Origin: an uncultured Alphaproteobacteria bacterium
GTDB lineage: Bacteria; Pseudomonadota; Alphaproteobacteria; RF32; CAG-239
Length of the DNA stretch: 64,000 bases
Assembly (NCBI GenBank): GCA_944392155.1
Contig: CALXVR010000006.1
Location: forward strand, 997-64,996
Reading direction: 5' to 3'
The first letter of the stretch is position 1. Every line of letters starts with the position of its first letter. Under the pieces are notes generated by a model. The model was not told where the DNA came from, did not search any database, and was given only the letters and a program-made list of their open reading frames with translations. Shown in pieces: positions 7,575-16,851 of this stretch. The translations under genes and the position numbers were made by a program.

Positions 7575-10511
7575 GTGGCTAAGATGACAAACAGGACTTT
7601 GACATATCTTAAAAAATTTACCATTCTGATAATTTTCGGATTGTTTTCGGCTTTGGTTCAAACAACCGACGTATTGGCGGCGGATAATTGCGGCGCTGAC
7701 TGCAACGTAACATGGAAAGAATGCCCCTCAGGAACACGTACGGATATTTCGGCTGATTGTTTAAAACGTCTCAATGATTCCTATGATAACTGTATTAATA
7801 CGATGCCTGTTGCCGGTTATGTCGGTCGAGTTCCGGAAGATTTGTGTTTACGTAACCGGAAAAACCCCAAACACAATGGAATGGACTATGCCGCAAATGC
7901 CGGAACAAATGTCACGGCCGCTGCCGATGGTGTTGTTATTCGTGCAAATAACTGTTCTAAGGGATATGGTCGAAAGATTGTTATTGAACATCAACGCCAA
8001 GACGGAAAAGGTTCTTCTTATGTTACAGCTTATGCGCACTTATCTGCCATATTGGTTTCTCAAGGGCAAATGGTAAAGAAAGGCGATGTTATCGGAAGAG
8101 TCGGCGGAACATCTTGCGACGGTTCTGCCGGCGGAACTCCTTGGAAAGCATATGGAAACCACTTGCATTTTGAAATAAGAACATCCGAAAACGGTACCGT
8201 TATCAACCCGATGTGTGATGAGATTCAGTCTTTGTGCGGTAAGTGTTATGCCGATTTTAATCCTAATCAATGTCGTGCCGAATGCCAGTTAAATCCAGAA
8301 GATCCCCAATGTAAATCTTCTAAGGACGTTAGTTATGATTGGAACTCTTTTAACGCCGGTTTTGGTAACGAAGATTTAACCGCAACTCCTTGGCGTCCCT
8401 CAACAGAATTTTCCAGCCAAAATGCTGTTGTTCCCTCGTCTGCTTATAATTCCAGTTTAGTTTCAGCAAATGCTCGAAATTCGGAAACTTGTGATATTGA
8501 AGCTTATAGAAACTCTTACAGTGAATGTATTTTCTGCGATTTATTCAGAGTTTTATTTAATACGGCAAGTACTTTAGCAAAGCTATCTTATACGTCTTTA
8601 TCGGATGCTATGATATCCTTGGTTGTTATCGGTATGGCTTTATGGTTGGCTATGACCATTTTGAAGTACATATCTGCTTTTGACGTCAAGGAACCTCGTA
8701 CGCTTGTGAAAACAATTTTTAATCAGGCTTTTGTTGTTATTGTCGTGGTTGTTATTTTGAAATCTGACATACAAGAGTTCATTGATTTAATCGTTAGCCC
8801 TGTCTTTAATACCGGAATGGCTTTGGCTCAACTGGTTACATCAGGTCAAACGGGACAGACCTGCTCCGGTTTTACGCAAGTTATTGAGGATGGCGGTATT
8901 CCTGCTTCCATAGGTAATAATATTCTTTGCACAATTCAAAGTATTCAAGGTAAGATTTTGGATGTTTTAACTGTAGGCTCTACCTCAATTTGTGTTGCGT
9001 TCTTTATTGAAAACAACATTATATGGTTGTTGCCGCATTGGGGATATTTGATTACGGGTATTATTCTTTGGATTACGGGTATTATGTTAATGCTCATTTA
9101 TCCTTGGCTTTTGATTGATGCAATTTTACAGCTAAGCATCGCTTCGGCCTTAATCCCCGTTGCCATCGCCGCTTACGCCTTCCCGATTACAAGGAAAAAA
9201 TATGTTTCGAAGGTTTGGGAAACATTTATGATGGCTATGTTTACATTCCTGTTTCTGACAATTGTTATCTTTATTATCACAACGGGAATTGAGCAAATTA
9301 TGGCTGAAGTAATGAATAACCAAGTTAAAAATATTGGTTCAAAGAGTGATTTCGGCTTCATTCTGGATACGGTAAACGGCTTGGCTTGGTGGTCCGTTCG
9401 CTTCCTGAAACTTGTTTTCTGGTTGTTGCTTGGCTGGGCTGTTTTGGATCAGGCTCAAAAATTTGCAAAATCCTTTAGTAAAGGAGGCTTTAGCATTAAA
9501 CCTATCGGCTCACCTTTCGGCGGAATGGTTAACAATGTTGCGACCAAGGCTACTCTCGGCATTGGCGGAAAAGCCCTTGAAGGTTCGAAATGGGCCGGAA
9601 ACCAGATGTTTAGCGGGGCAAAAGACCTTGCCCATTCGGCTAAAGTTAATCGCATGGCGAAAAGAGCTCTTAACAGCGGAAATGCGACAACAAATGCTGA
9701 CGGAAGCGTAACTGCCACAGTAAGAAATTGGTATGGACGTGAGGTAAAGAGGACCGTCTCTCAAGATGCTGCCGGAAACTTTTCTGTTACGAATCAGCGT
9801 TCAAGAATTAAACTGCTTGGAAAGCTCAGCCATGATAATGTTACCTCAACAGACAGATATGTAACTATTAAAAACAGATATGGTTCTGATGGAAAGCTCT
9901 TGAAGCAAAGTGTTAAGATTAATTCGGCGGCATGCAAAAAAATGACCAATAAAGACGGCTCGCTTAATATGGTTGCCGTAAATACTTTGCGACAAAACTC
10001 AACATTGGCGCCAGAATTAGTTAATACCGCCATTTTGCATCAGGTATTAAAAGAAAGAATGCCTAATTCGGATTTGGCCGATATGGATACTGTCTTTGCA
10101 TCCAGAACGGCTGTTATCAATGATGACGGATCTTTTGTTATTAAACAAATTAATGTCGACGGATCTACAACAAACTTTAGCATGAAGATTGACGGAGACA
10201 GGATTATGACTTCTGTTGAAAAAATTCGCAATAACGGTTCTGCCGTTAAATACAGCTCTGACGGAATCATTAATCGTCGTTCAACTTATGTTTACAGTAA
10301 TGGAGAAATTGACAAATCATCAATCAAGAACAAATATGCTTTTTCCGACTATTATGCAAATCGTGCCGGACAGCCCATGGATGCGAACGGGGTGATTTCA
10401 AGTGGTGTGCCTAAAGACAAAATTATGTTCGGAAAAGACGACTTAGATTTGATGGCAGCACAAATTGCCGCTTATGGGCAACCTCAGGCCATGAAAGAAT
10501 TTTCTAAGTAA
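7575..10511 (+). CDS. virB6: M23 (LytM) peptidoglycan endopeptidase fused to VirB6/TrbL-like protein 4
   Basis: M23 zinc motifs HNGMD (7872) and HLHFE (8160), plus GYGRKIVIEH, YAHLS and VKKGDVIG. Then CIFC and a VirB6-like TM core (LIPVAIAAYAFPIT). Confidence 0.8.
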   Translation: MAKMTNRTLTYLKKFTILIIFGLFSALVQTTDVLAADNCGADCNVTWKECPSGTRTDISADCLKRLNDSYDNCINTMPVAGYVGRVPEDLCLRNRKNPKHNGMDYAANAGTNVTAAADGVVIRANNCSKGYGRKIVIEHQRQDGKGSSYVTAYAHLSAILVSQGQMVKKGDVIGRVGGTSCDGSAGGTPWKAYGNHLHFEIRTSENGTVINPMCDEIQSLCGKCYADFNPNQCRAECQLNPEDPQCKSSKDVSYDWNSFNAGFGNEDLTATPWRPSTEFSSQNAVVPSSAYNSSLVSANARNSETCDIEAYRNSYSECIFCDLFRVLFNTASTLAKLSYTSLSDAMISLVVIGMALWLAMTILKYISAFDVKEPRTLVKTIFNQAFVVIVVVVILKSDIQEFIDLIVSPVFNTGMALAQLVTSGQTGQTCSGFTQVIEDGGIPASIGNNILCTIQSIQGKILDVLTVGSTSICVAFFIENNIIWLLPHWGYLITGIILWITGIMLMLIYPWLLIDAILQLSIASALIPVAIAAYAFPITRKKYVSKVWETFMMAMFTFLFLTIVIFIITTGIEQIMAEVMNNQVKNIGSKSDFGFILDTVNGLAWWSVRFLKLVFWLLLGWAVLDQAQKFAKSFSKGGFSIKPIGSPFGGMVNNVATKATLGIGGKALEGSKWAGNQMFSGAKDLAHSAKVNRMAKRALNSGNATTNADGSVTATVRNWYGREVKRTVSQDAAGNFSVTNQRSRIKLLGKLSHDNVTSTDRYVTIKNRYGSDGKLLKQSVKINSAACKKMTNKDGSLNMVAVNTLRQNSTLAPELVNTAILHQVLKERMPNSDLADMDTVFASRTAVINDDGSFVIKQINVDGSTTNFSMKIDGDRIMTSVEKIRNNGSAVKYSSDGIINRRSTYVYSNGEIDKSSIKNKYAFSDYYANRAGQPMDANGVISSGVPKDKIMFGKDDLDLMAAQIAAYGQPQAMKEFSK

Positions 10512-10540
10512 GCTTAGCTAAAAATAATTATAACGTACAA

Positions 10541-10571
10541 AAAAAGGGGGGATAAAAAAATCCCCCTTTTG
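10541..10571 (+). terminator. Rho-independent terminator after the virB6 cluster
   Basis: AAAAGGGGGGA-loop-TCCCCCTTTT hairpin 30 nt after the stop. Confidence 0.7.
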
Positions 10572-10689
10572 TGCATAATTTGTACACAAATTGTCTTTTT
10601 TTGTACTATTTTCTTGATTAATGCATCTCTAGTAATTATTATTTGGTTAATAATAATCTTGTTCTTTACAGCAAAAGGATAAACATACT

Positions 10690-11670
10690 ATGGAAGAAAT
10701 TATTTTCCCAAACCAAATCAGAATGTTTAGAAGACTTCGCGGTCGGTCTATGCAGGAATTGGCTGATCATTTGGGCGTCAGTCTTTCGGCTATCTCAAAA
10801 ATCGAGAAAGGATATCGTCGTGTAGACCAAGAACAGTTGGTGCGTGTTGCTGAATTTTTGGATTGCCCGTTGCAAGAACTTTTTGTTAATGAGCAAAATT
10901 CTCAGCAAGAAATTGTTCAATCTTGGCGCCGTGAACAAGAAAGAAGAAACAAAATCAATGAAAAAAGCGGCTTAAAGACTTTGGGTGCCGGATTACGTCA
11001 AATCAGAAATGAAAAGAATCTGACGTTGATTGAGGTTGCTGAAAGTGCCGACATGACTTTGTCTGTTTACCATCGTATTGAAATGGGGCAGAGAGAAGTT
11101 TCCGATAAAGAATTTAAAAATATCTCTAAAGCTTTAGATATGGCTCCCGAGCAGTTGAAAGAAGAGATTAAAAGCTTGGAAGATAAAGGAATGTTGGAAG
11201 AAATCATTCAGCGTAATGATGCCAAATACAAGCTTTTATCAACGCCCCGCGGCGCTATTTCCGCATTTTCTAACGCGGTTAGCAACAGTCAGGAGAATCT
11301 TAAAATTTCTGTCTATGGTGTTGCCGGAAAAGACGGTAATATCATTGTTGATTTTGACGAAGAGACCAAAAAAGTTCAGCGTCCGGTTAAGCTCTTTAAC
11401 AAAAAAGACGCTTATGCCGTTAATCTTTGCACAAGACGTTTAGGCACATTATTGCCGACGCGTTCTATTTTGTTTGTTGACCCGCAAGATGTTGTCAGTG
11501 TCGGTGACATTGCTTTGTATTTTGAAAACGAAAAAGAAGCAAAACTTTTGAGCATTCGGGAAGATGAAAACGGACAACTTTATGGGTTGCGGTGGAATCC
11601 TGATGAACGAATTGAAATAGGCAACGATGAATTAAGTAAAATTCATAAGATTGTTGCTATTGACCTTTAA
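10690..11670 (+). CDS. XRE/Cro-C1 transcriptional regulator with two tandem HTH domains and a C-terminal S24-like domain
   Basis: HTH1 SMQELADHLGVSLSAISKIEKG, HTH2 TLIEVAESADMTLSVYHRIEMG, C-terminal DAYAV...LFVDP. Confidence 0.85.
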   Translation: MEEIIFPNQIRMFRRLRGRSMQELADHLGVSLSAISKIEKGYRRVDQEQLVRVAEFLDCPLQELFVNEQNSQQEIVQSWRREQERRNKINEKSGLKTLGAGLRQIRNEKNLTLIEVAESADMTLSVYHRIEMGQREVSDKEFKNISKALDMAPEQLKEEIKSLEDKGMLEEIIQRNDAKYKLLSTPRGAISAFSNAVSNSQENLKISVYGVAGKDGNIIVDFDEETKKVQRPVKLFNKKDAYAVNLCTRRLGTLLPTRSILFVDPQDVVSVGDIALYFENEKEAKLLSIREDENGQLYGLRWNPDERIEIGNDELSKIHKIVAIDL

Positions 11671-11700
11671 AAAAAAGCTCCGCGAAAGCGGAGTTTTTTT
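11671..11700 (+). terminator. Rho-independent terminator (possibly bidirectional)
   Basis: A-run, GCTCCGC-GAAA-GCGGAGT hairpin, T-run directly after the stop. Confidence 0.85.
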
Positions 11701-11791
11701 CATTTATTAACCTGAAATTTACAACATTGAGACTAAAATCTGTAATATGGATGAAGTTTAAATAAAATGTTGCGAATATTAGGCTAAATAA

Positions 11792-14776
11792 GTGGTTGAT
11801 ACATATGATAAAAATGCGGAAAACCGCAAAAAATTCAAAAAAAACCATGGTGACGGAGAAGATCCGATCATCATTGCGCAACGTTTTTTAAATATTTTTA
11901 GACAATTACATATTTTCAGCAAAGAAAGAAAAGAAGCTTTTAATAAAATGATTTTGGAGCAGCCTCCGGAAATCAGAGGAATGTTTAGTTCTCTTCCCGG
12001 TGGGTCTTTGCTACAAGAATATGTTGATGATTTGGAGCAAAGTGTCGGTGTTGTCAGAGATCATTCGGCTGAATTTACTCAGGACACGACATCTCCCGAA
12101 CTAAAAGAAGAGCTATCTAAAGCAAAAATATTAGCAACAGCATTGGCTGAAGCTCAGGCACAAGCAAATGCACGGATACAAAGTATGCCTGAACAGCCGG
12201 CTTTTGCCCCTCAAGCCACGGCAACGCCGGTTATGAGCGGGAATGTTAAAGTTGTGGCTGATTCCTCTTTTGCAAAAGAAATTGCCGCCGCTTTTTCTCA
12301 GGCTCTTAAGTATAGCGAAGAAAAGACACAAATAGGAAACAAACAACTTGCCGCTGCCGTTATTGCCTCGCAAGAAAAAATGGCAAAAGTTTTTGCTGAA
12401 AAAACAGATACGACAGCACTAACGAAATCGCTTATCGAATCTCAAGAAAAAATGGCACAAGCATTAGCGGATAATGCTCTTGCCCTGCAAAAGCTTCCTA
12501 TAAAATCTTTAGGAGGCGGAAAGGAAACATCTTTTGTATCAGCCAACGGAAGCAATCAAGAAATCTTAGACGCCATCAGAGAGTCTCAAGACAGAATGGC
12601 GCAAATGATAATGCAACACAATAATTTGGCGGCAAGCAACAGCAGCAATAATAATGCCAACAACATCCAAATAAATACGACGCCCATGCCTCCTGTTGAA
12701 GATATGGTAAAAGGCATTGTTAAAGCTCAATCTGAATTATTTAAAGAAATGGCAAGAACTCAAACAAAAGAATTGTCTGCCATTATATCTGTCGCATTAA
12801 AGGAAAGCCAACAGCTTTCGAGTAAAACCATTGCGGAAGCAATTGAAAAGGTTCAAAGAGAAAATCGTAAATTTTTTGAAGTCCATTCAAAAGATTTTTC
12901 ACTTTCATCTGTCAAACAAACAGATCAAGAGAAAGAATCGAACAATTCATTACATCGTATTCCTTCCAGCTTTGATGAAAAAGAAGATTTTCAAATTCCG
13001 GAAGTTAATCCATCTTCCGAAGATGAAGAATTTGCCGAACTTTTTTCCGGAAAAAATGTTGTTAAACCGGATGATCAAGAAGATATTACCGACAGCGTTT
13101 CTCACGATATTTCTTCGGAAGAAAATATTACGGAGATTTTAGAAAACGAAGAAAACTCATCGAAAAAAAAGAAAAAAAAGAAAAAAAAGAAAAATAAAAA
13201 CACGGAAGAAAAAAATAGGATTGATTTTTCGCTGTTCGAAGACGGCGCGCAAGCCGCAACAAAAATAAAGGACGGTCTTTCCTCTCTTGCCTCGTCGTTG
13301 TTTAAAAAGGAAAGCGATGAGAAAAAAGAGAATGATATCGAAGATTTTTCTTTTCAAGAGCTTCCTAATGTTGATGATTTTGATATTTCCGCAGAAGCGG
13401 AAAAAAGCCCCTCCGAACTGATTGATGGCGAAAACGAAATTTCTTCTCATGAGGCTCAAACAAACACCGAAACCTTTGCTGAAAGTTTGGAATCGGATAA
13501 AGATATATTCAGCAATTCTGACGTTGATTTTTCGAATCGTGAAATTATCACAAAAGACGAAACGACAGCTGAAAATGATGAAAACACTTTTTCTGTCCCT
13601 GCTCCTGAAGACTTCGATACATATACCAATGATACACTCGAGAATTATGAGGAAGAAACCCTTGAAGAAGCTCAAGATGCTCCTCAGGAGATAATCTCCG
13701 AACCCGAGCAAGAAGATAGCGAAGATAACGGACTTGACGCACAAACCGATGCAACCGCCGAAGACGGCGAAGACTGGGTTTGGGATTATGAAGAAGAAAC
13801 TCCCGAAGAAGCTCAAGATGCTCCTCAGGAGATAATCTCCGAACCTGAGCAAGAAGCCAACGAGAATAACGGGCTTGACACACAAGCCGATGCAAACGCT
13901 GAAGACGGCGAAGATTGGGTTTGGGATTATGAGGAAGAAGCCCCTGAAGAAGCGCAAGATGTTTCTCAAGAGGCAATTTCAGAACCTGAGCAAGAAGATA
14001 GCAAGGACAACGAGCTTGATACTCAAGCCGACACAAACGCTGAAGACGGAGAAGATTGGGTTTGGGATTATGAGGAAGAAACTCCCGAAGACGCGCAAGA
14101 TGCTCCGCAAGAGATAATCTCAGAACCTGAGCAAGAAGCCAACGAGGACAACGGACTTGACGCACAAGCCGATGCAACCGCCGAAGACGGTGAAGATTGG
14201 GTTTGGGATTATGAGGAAGAAGCCCCTGAAGAAGCGCAAGATGTTTCTCAAGAGGCAATTTCAGAACCTGAGCAAGAAGATAGCGAGGACAACGAGCTTG
14301 ATACTCAAGCCGACACAACAGCCGAAGATGGTGAAGACTGGGTTTGGGATTATGAGGAAGAAACTCCCGAAGAAGCGCAAGATGCTCCACAAGAGACAAT
14401 CTCAAAACCCGAGCAAGAAGATAGCGAAGATAACGGACTTGACGCACAAACCGATGCAAACGCTGAAGACGGAGAAGATTGGGTTTGGGATTATGAGGAA
14501 GAAGCCCCTGAAGAAGCGCGACAAGATGATGAGCTTTCTGAAAAGCAAAATATGAATTTTGCAGACACCTCTTTGGAAAGCGTTAACACGGGTAAACTTA
14601 AAGAAAATACAAATCCTTTATATAGCGGTGACTTGATTTTTCAAGACAACCTTTATAAATCCGCCGAAAATGACATGCCTTTATCCATCGATAATTTGGA
14701 TTTAGGAATTGCTGAAATAAGTAAAGATAAAGATTCTAAAGAGCCCTATACTCCCAAAGATGATATTGTTGGGTAA
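11792..14776 (+). CDS. large acidic, largely disordered protein with coiled-coil N-half, poly-Lys patch and 47-aa tandem repeats
   Basis: 994-aa ORF with no signal peptide, a K10 run and six EDGEDWVWDYEEE repeats. Confidence 0.85.
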   Translation: MVDTYDKNAENRKKFKKNHGDGEDPIIIAQRFLNIFRQLHIFSKERKEAFNKMILEQPPEIRGMFSSLPGGSLLQEYVDDLEQSVGVVRDHSAEFTQDTTSPELKEELSKAKILATALAEAQAQANARIQSMPEQPAFAPQATATPVMSGNVKVVADSSFAKEIAAAFSQALKYSEEKTQIGNKQLAAAVIASQEKMAKVFAEKTDTTALTKSLIESQEKMAQALADNALALQKLPIKSLGGGKETSFVSANGSNQEILDAIRESQDRMAQMIMQHNNLAASNSSNNNANNIQINTTPMPPVEDMVKGIVKAQSELFKEMARTQTKELSAIISVALKESQQLSSKTIAEAIEKVQRENRKFFEVHSKDFSLSSVKQTDQEKESNNSLHRIPSSFDEKEDFQIPEVNPSSEDEEFAELFSGKNVVKPDDQEDITDSVSHDISSEENITEILENEENSSKKKKKKKKKKNKNTEEKNRIDFSLFEDGAQAATKIKDGLSSLASSLFKKESDEKKENDIEDFSFQELPNVDDFDISAEAEKSPSELIDGENEISSHEAQTNTETFAESLESDKDIFSNSDVDFSNREIITKDETTAENDENTFSVPAPEDFDTYTNDTLENYEEETLEEAQDAPQEIISEPEQEDSEDNGLDAQTDATAEDGEDWVWDYEEETPEEAQDAPQEIISEPEQEANENNGLDTQADANAEDGEDWVWDYEEEAPEEAQDVSQEAISEPEQEDSKDNELDTQADTNAEDGEDWVWDYEEETPEDAQDAPQEIISEPEQEANEDNGLDAQADATAEDGEDWVWDYEEEAPEEAQDVSQEAISEPEQEDSEDNELDTQADTTAEDGEDWVWDYEEETPEEAQDAPQETISKPEQEDSEDNGLDAQTDANAEDGEDWVWDYEEEAPEEARQDDELSEKQNMNFADTSLESVNTGKLKENTNPLYSGDLIFQDNLYKSAENDMPLSIDNLDLGIAEISKDKDSKEPYTPKDDIVG
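13646..14519 (+). repeat. coding tandem repeat, 141-nt unit, 6 full copies plus a partial seventh
   Basis: TGGGTTTGGGATTATGA recurs every 141 nt (e.g. 13775, 13916). Confidence 0.95.
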
Positions 14777-14840
14777 AGCTCATAGAAATTAATTTACAAA
14801 CGCCATAGGCTATTTTAGATTAGAATGTAAGGAGTTGAAT

Positions 14841-15569
14841 ATGGAGCAAAATACATCATCTACAGGCGCGAGCAAAGAAAGTCTTTGGTATTTGGATAAT
14901 TATATTCTGTTAAAAGACTATTATGACCGTACAATCTCAAGGATTGCGGCGCGTTGCGTACGTATGGGAAATATTGCCATGGAAGAATATAAATTCTATG
15001 GTTATATTTTGGATGTATTAGAAGAAATCAGCGAAACCGGAGATTATATTTTAGAGCATAAGGAGTTGTATCCTTATGTTGAGAAAAAAATAGCCGGTGG
15101 TGTCGAAGCTTTGAAAAAAAGTTTGGCTGAATATCAGTTAGAGCTCAAAAACAATTCCTCTCCAGACATGATTAAAGAAGATGCGCATGAAGTGGAGAAA
15201 ATGAAGGAAGTTTTGGGAGAAATTGATAAAACGGTGGATCCTACGGTTGGTGCCGGCATGAATATGGATCAGCTGATGGAAAAGTTAATGGCACAAAATA
15301 ATATAAAGCAAGACGCTTATGAAAAGCCTCAAGATGTTTCTCCGGCTCCCGCCTCGGCTCCGGCACAAGTTCAGCCACAAGGCGCTTCGGTTTCTCAAGG
15401 GAATCTGCCGCAACAACCGACAAATTCGGCAACATCTGCTCAGCAACAACCTCAGCCGATGCCCAATTCCGGTAGTTCAAACCATGAGCTTAAAAAAGTT
15501 ATCAAAATAAGAAAGCCTATTAACCCAACGTCTCAACAAGTTGTTCCGCCTAAGAATGAGGTAAAGTAA
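14841..15569 (+). CDS. hypothetical cytoplasmic protein (helical N-domain, Pro/Gln-rich tail)
   Basis: ORF with AAGGAG RBS before the ATG at 14841; operonic spacing. Confidence 0.7.
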   Translation: MEQNTSSTGASKESLWYLDNYILLKDYYDRTISRIAARCVRMGNIAMEEYKFYGYILDVLEEISETGDYILEHKELYPYVEKKIAGGVEALKKSLAEYQLELKNNSSPDMIKEDAHEVEKMKEVLGEIDKTVDPTVGAGMNMDQLMEKLMAQNNIKQDAYEKPQDVSPAPASAPAQVQPQGASVSQGNLPQQPTNSATSAQQQPQPMPNSGSSNHELKKVIKIRKPINPTSQQVVPPKNEVK

Positions 15570-15575
15570 TTTCGT

Positions 15576-16838
15576 ATGAAAGCTAAAGTAGTCTTAAAAT
15601 ATTTGAGTCTTATGAGTATTTTTGTTTTTCTGTCAGCTTGCAAAACAGAAAAACCTCAACCTTTGCCTCCTCTAAGCCAAAGGCTCAATGCGGATGTTGT
15701 TTATCCTCAAGATCCGAATATGATTCGTACGCCTAAAGGCGCAAATGATCTTGATTTGGAGACGCCTTTACGTTGCAGTGTTAATTGGGATACTCAGCAG
15801 ATGATATTGACCCTGCCTTATAATATGTCTGCCTTCAGACTTCACAAAAATGGCGTCAATAATCCCCTGCCCCGATTTGAAGTAACGGGTTTCTCTTTTG
15901 AAAAAATGCCAGCAGAAAAGGCTTTATATAAGTTAACAAAAGAAGCCGGTATTAAACTTGTTGCAAAAGACGCGCCTTATGCAAGTATCTCGGCAGAAAA
16001 TTTGCGTGGCGAGTATTCTGAAGTAATTAATATGATAGCTAACGCTGGTGAAATTTATTATTCTTATGATGCCACAGAAAAGACTATGCGCATCAGCAGA
16101 AAAGCTAACTTTACGCTTTATGTACCAAAATCGCGTCCGATAATGCTTGGATTGCTCGATGTGTTGAGAGGTTCCGGAATAACCGATATGACTACGGATT
16201 GGGCTGATTATTCCGTAACTTTTGACGCTGATTTTGAGCTCAAAAATAAAATTATGGATTTAATCAAATATTTTGAAAATAATCCAACTTTGGTTGCTTA
16301 TGATGTCAGTGTTTTTAGAATTTATCCTTACGATAAAGAAAAAGACATAGAATGGAAAGATCTGCTAAAAGCTTTTTATTTTGGAACTGTTACCACAGCG
16401 CAGACAGGTGTTATAGGCAGAGTTTTGACAACCACAAATGAGCTTAACATTAATACCTTACGCCAATTTTTGGGACGTCAGGCAATGGTTATGCCTGTTG
16501 CCGAAGGAAAATTTGTCGTTCCTAATCTTTGGTTCTCTCGTTTTGATATCGGAAAATGCGGTCGCAGAGATTCTGTTGAAGCGGATTTATCTATTCTGGC
16601 TAAAGCCTCTCTTGAAAAAGGCAATCGAATCTTTTCAAATATTACTTTAGAGGCAACAAAGGGACAAATTACACAATTTGACGTCAGAAGCAGATTGGGC
16701 GAAAACTTTTTGATTATAGGTATTCCCAACCAAATTTTCGGTGTAAAATCACCAAAGTCTGAGACAGTGGTTTTCATGGTTCCGAGAATTATTCGCACTC
16801 TTAAAACGACAAAGCCGATTTTAGATAATTTAATTTAG
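15576..16838 (+). CDS. outer-membrane lipoprotein, divergent secretin-like (PilN/BfpB/TcpC-like)
   Basis: Lipobox FLSAC; N0-like segment (AEKALYKLTKEAGI...GEYSEVINMIA...IYYSY); VAYDVSVFRI...IEW; C-terminal TVVFMVPRII resembling the secretin ending LVIxITPRII. Confidence 0.55.
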   Translation: MKAKVVLKYLSLMSIFVFLSACKTEKPQPLPPLSQRLNADVVYPQDPNMIRTPKGANDLDLETPLRCSVNWDTQQMILTLPYNMSAFRLHKNGVNNPLPRFEVTGFSFEKMPAEKALYKLTKEAGIKLVAKDAPYASISAENLRGEYSEVINMIANAGEIYYSYDATEKTMRISRKANFTLYVPKSRPIMLGLLDVLRGSGITDMTTDWADYSVTFDADFELKNKIMDLIKYFENNPTLVAYDVSVFRIYPYDKEKDIEWKDLLKAFYFGTVTTAQTGVIGRVLTTTNELNINTLRQFLGRQAMVMPVAEGKFVVPNLWFSRFDIGKCGRRDSVEADLSILAKASLEKGNRIFSNITLEATKGQITQFDVRSRLGENFLIIGIPNQIFGVKSPKSETVVFMVPRIIRTLKTTKPILDNLI

Positions 16839-16851
16839 AGGAAGTTTAAAA

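Noticed and set aside
10690..11670. Prophage repressor marking a prophage
   Set aside because: No phage structural, integrase or replication genes nearby, and the catalytic Ser motif is absent
13163..13200. (A8G)3 tract as a phase-variation switch
   Set aside because: It encodes an in-frame poly-Lys in an AT-rich genome, and a single sequence gives no evidence of slippage
13157..14459. Long antisense ORFs (270 and 303 aa)
   Set aside because: Shadows of the repetitive, biased coding strand; implausible composition
13646..14519. Regularly spaced conserved motif resembling a CRISPR array
   Set aside because: The 141-nt period is in frame inside a long ORF, the 'spacers' are homologous to each other, and there are no cas genes
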